Shown here: positions 63,721-64,000 of the stretch, piece after piece
How the letters are laid out: every line of letters begins with the position of its first letter
How positions within the stretch are numbered: the stretch's first letter is position 1
Assembly: GCF_009914755.1 (NCBI RefSeq)
Contig: NC_060925.1
From: the human T2T-CHM13v2.0 reference genome, Homo sapiens
Strand: one strand, 5' to 3'
Length of the DNA: 64,000 nt
The notes under the pieces: generated by a model
Told to the model about the DNA's origin: nothing
Database searches by the model: none
Seen by the model: the letters and a program-made list of their open reading frames with translations, nothing else
Program-made: the position numbers and the translations under genes

Positions 63721-64000
63721 CGTATGAGGGAAAAAACTATCCCTGTTCCATGGGGCAGCAGATAAGACTGAACCAAAACAGATCAAACAGAAACAGTCAC
63801 CTAAGTCATCACCAAGGACTCTATTACACAAGACCATCCATCATCATATATTTGGTCAAGAAGGGGAGGGATTTCTAACACTTTGCCTTCAAAATGATAG
63901 GCTTTCCATTAAAAATATTCATGCAAATCATAAAACTTGAGAAAACTTTAGAAATACCGACTTCAAACCTGTAACCTGTAGCCTAACTTTACAGCTGCAA

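Overview
Primate (human or close ape) genomic DNA, AT-rich, lying entirely inside the Netrin-G1 gene (NTNG1, + strand). The window holds the alternatively spliced cassette region: two short Ukd (unknown-domain) exons missed by the ORF track (66 nt at 10112-10177, 60 nt at 12625-12684) and two laminin-type EGF (LE) exons (168 nt at 22291-22458, 135 nt at 28206-28340). All four are phase 1-1 and multiples of 3. The upstream exon (CIPSISSIG) and the terminal EGF/GPI exon were not found, so they lie outside the window. The rest is intron containing six Alus, a 5'-truncated L1PB-like element with TSD, a sense MST LTR, hAT MITEs (MER20, MER33, MER58B, MER5A1), many L2/MIR relics and short tandem duplications. 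I found no prokaryote-type system and nothing I can call a new biological system. The best leads are regulatory: intronic polyadenylation that would give GPI-less isoforms, NOVA/RBFOX/SRRM4-type motif clusters, an inverted Alu pair, and a very recent 58-bp duplication. Repeat subfamily calls and old-repeat boundaries are by eye and approximate.
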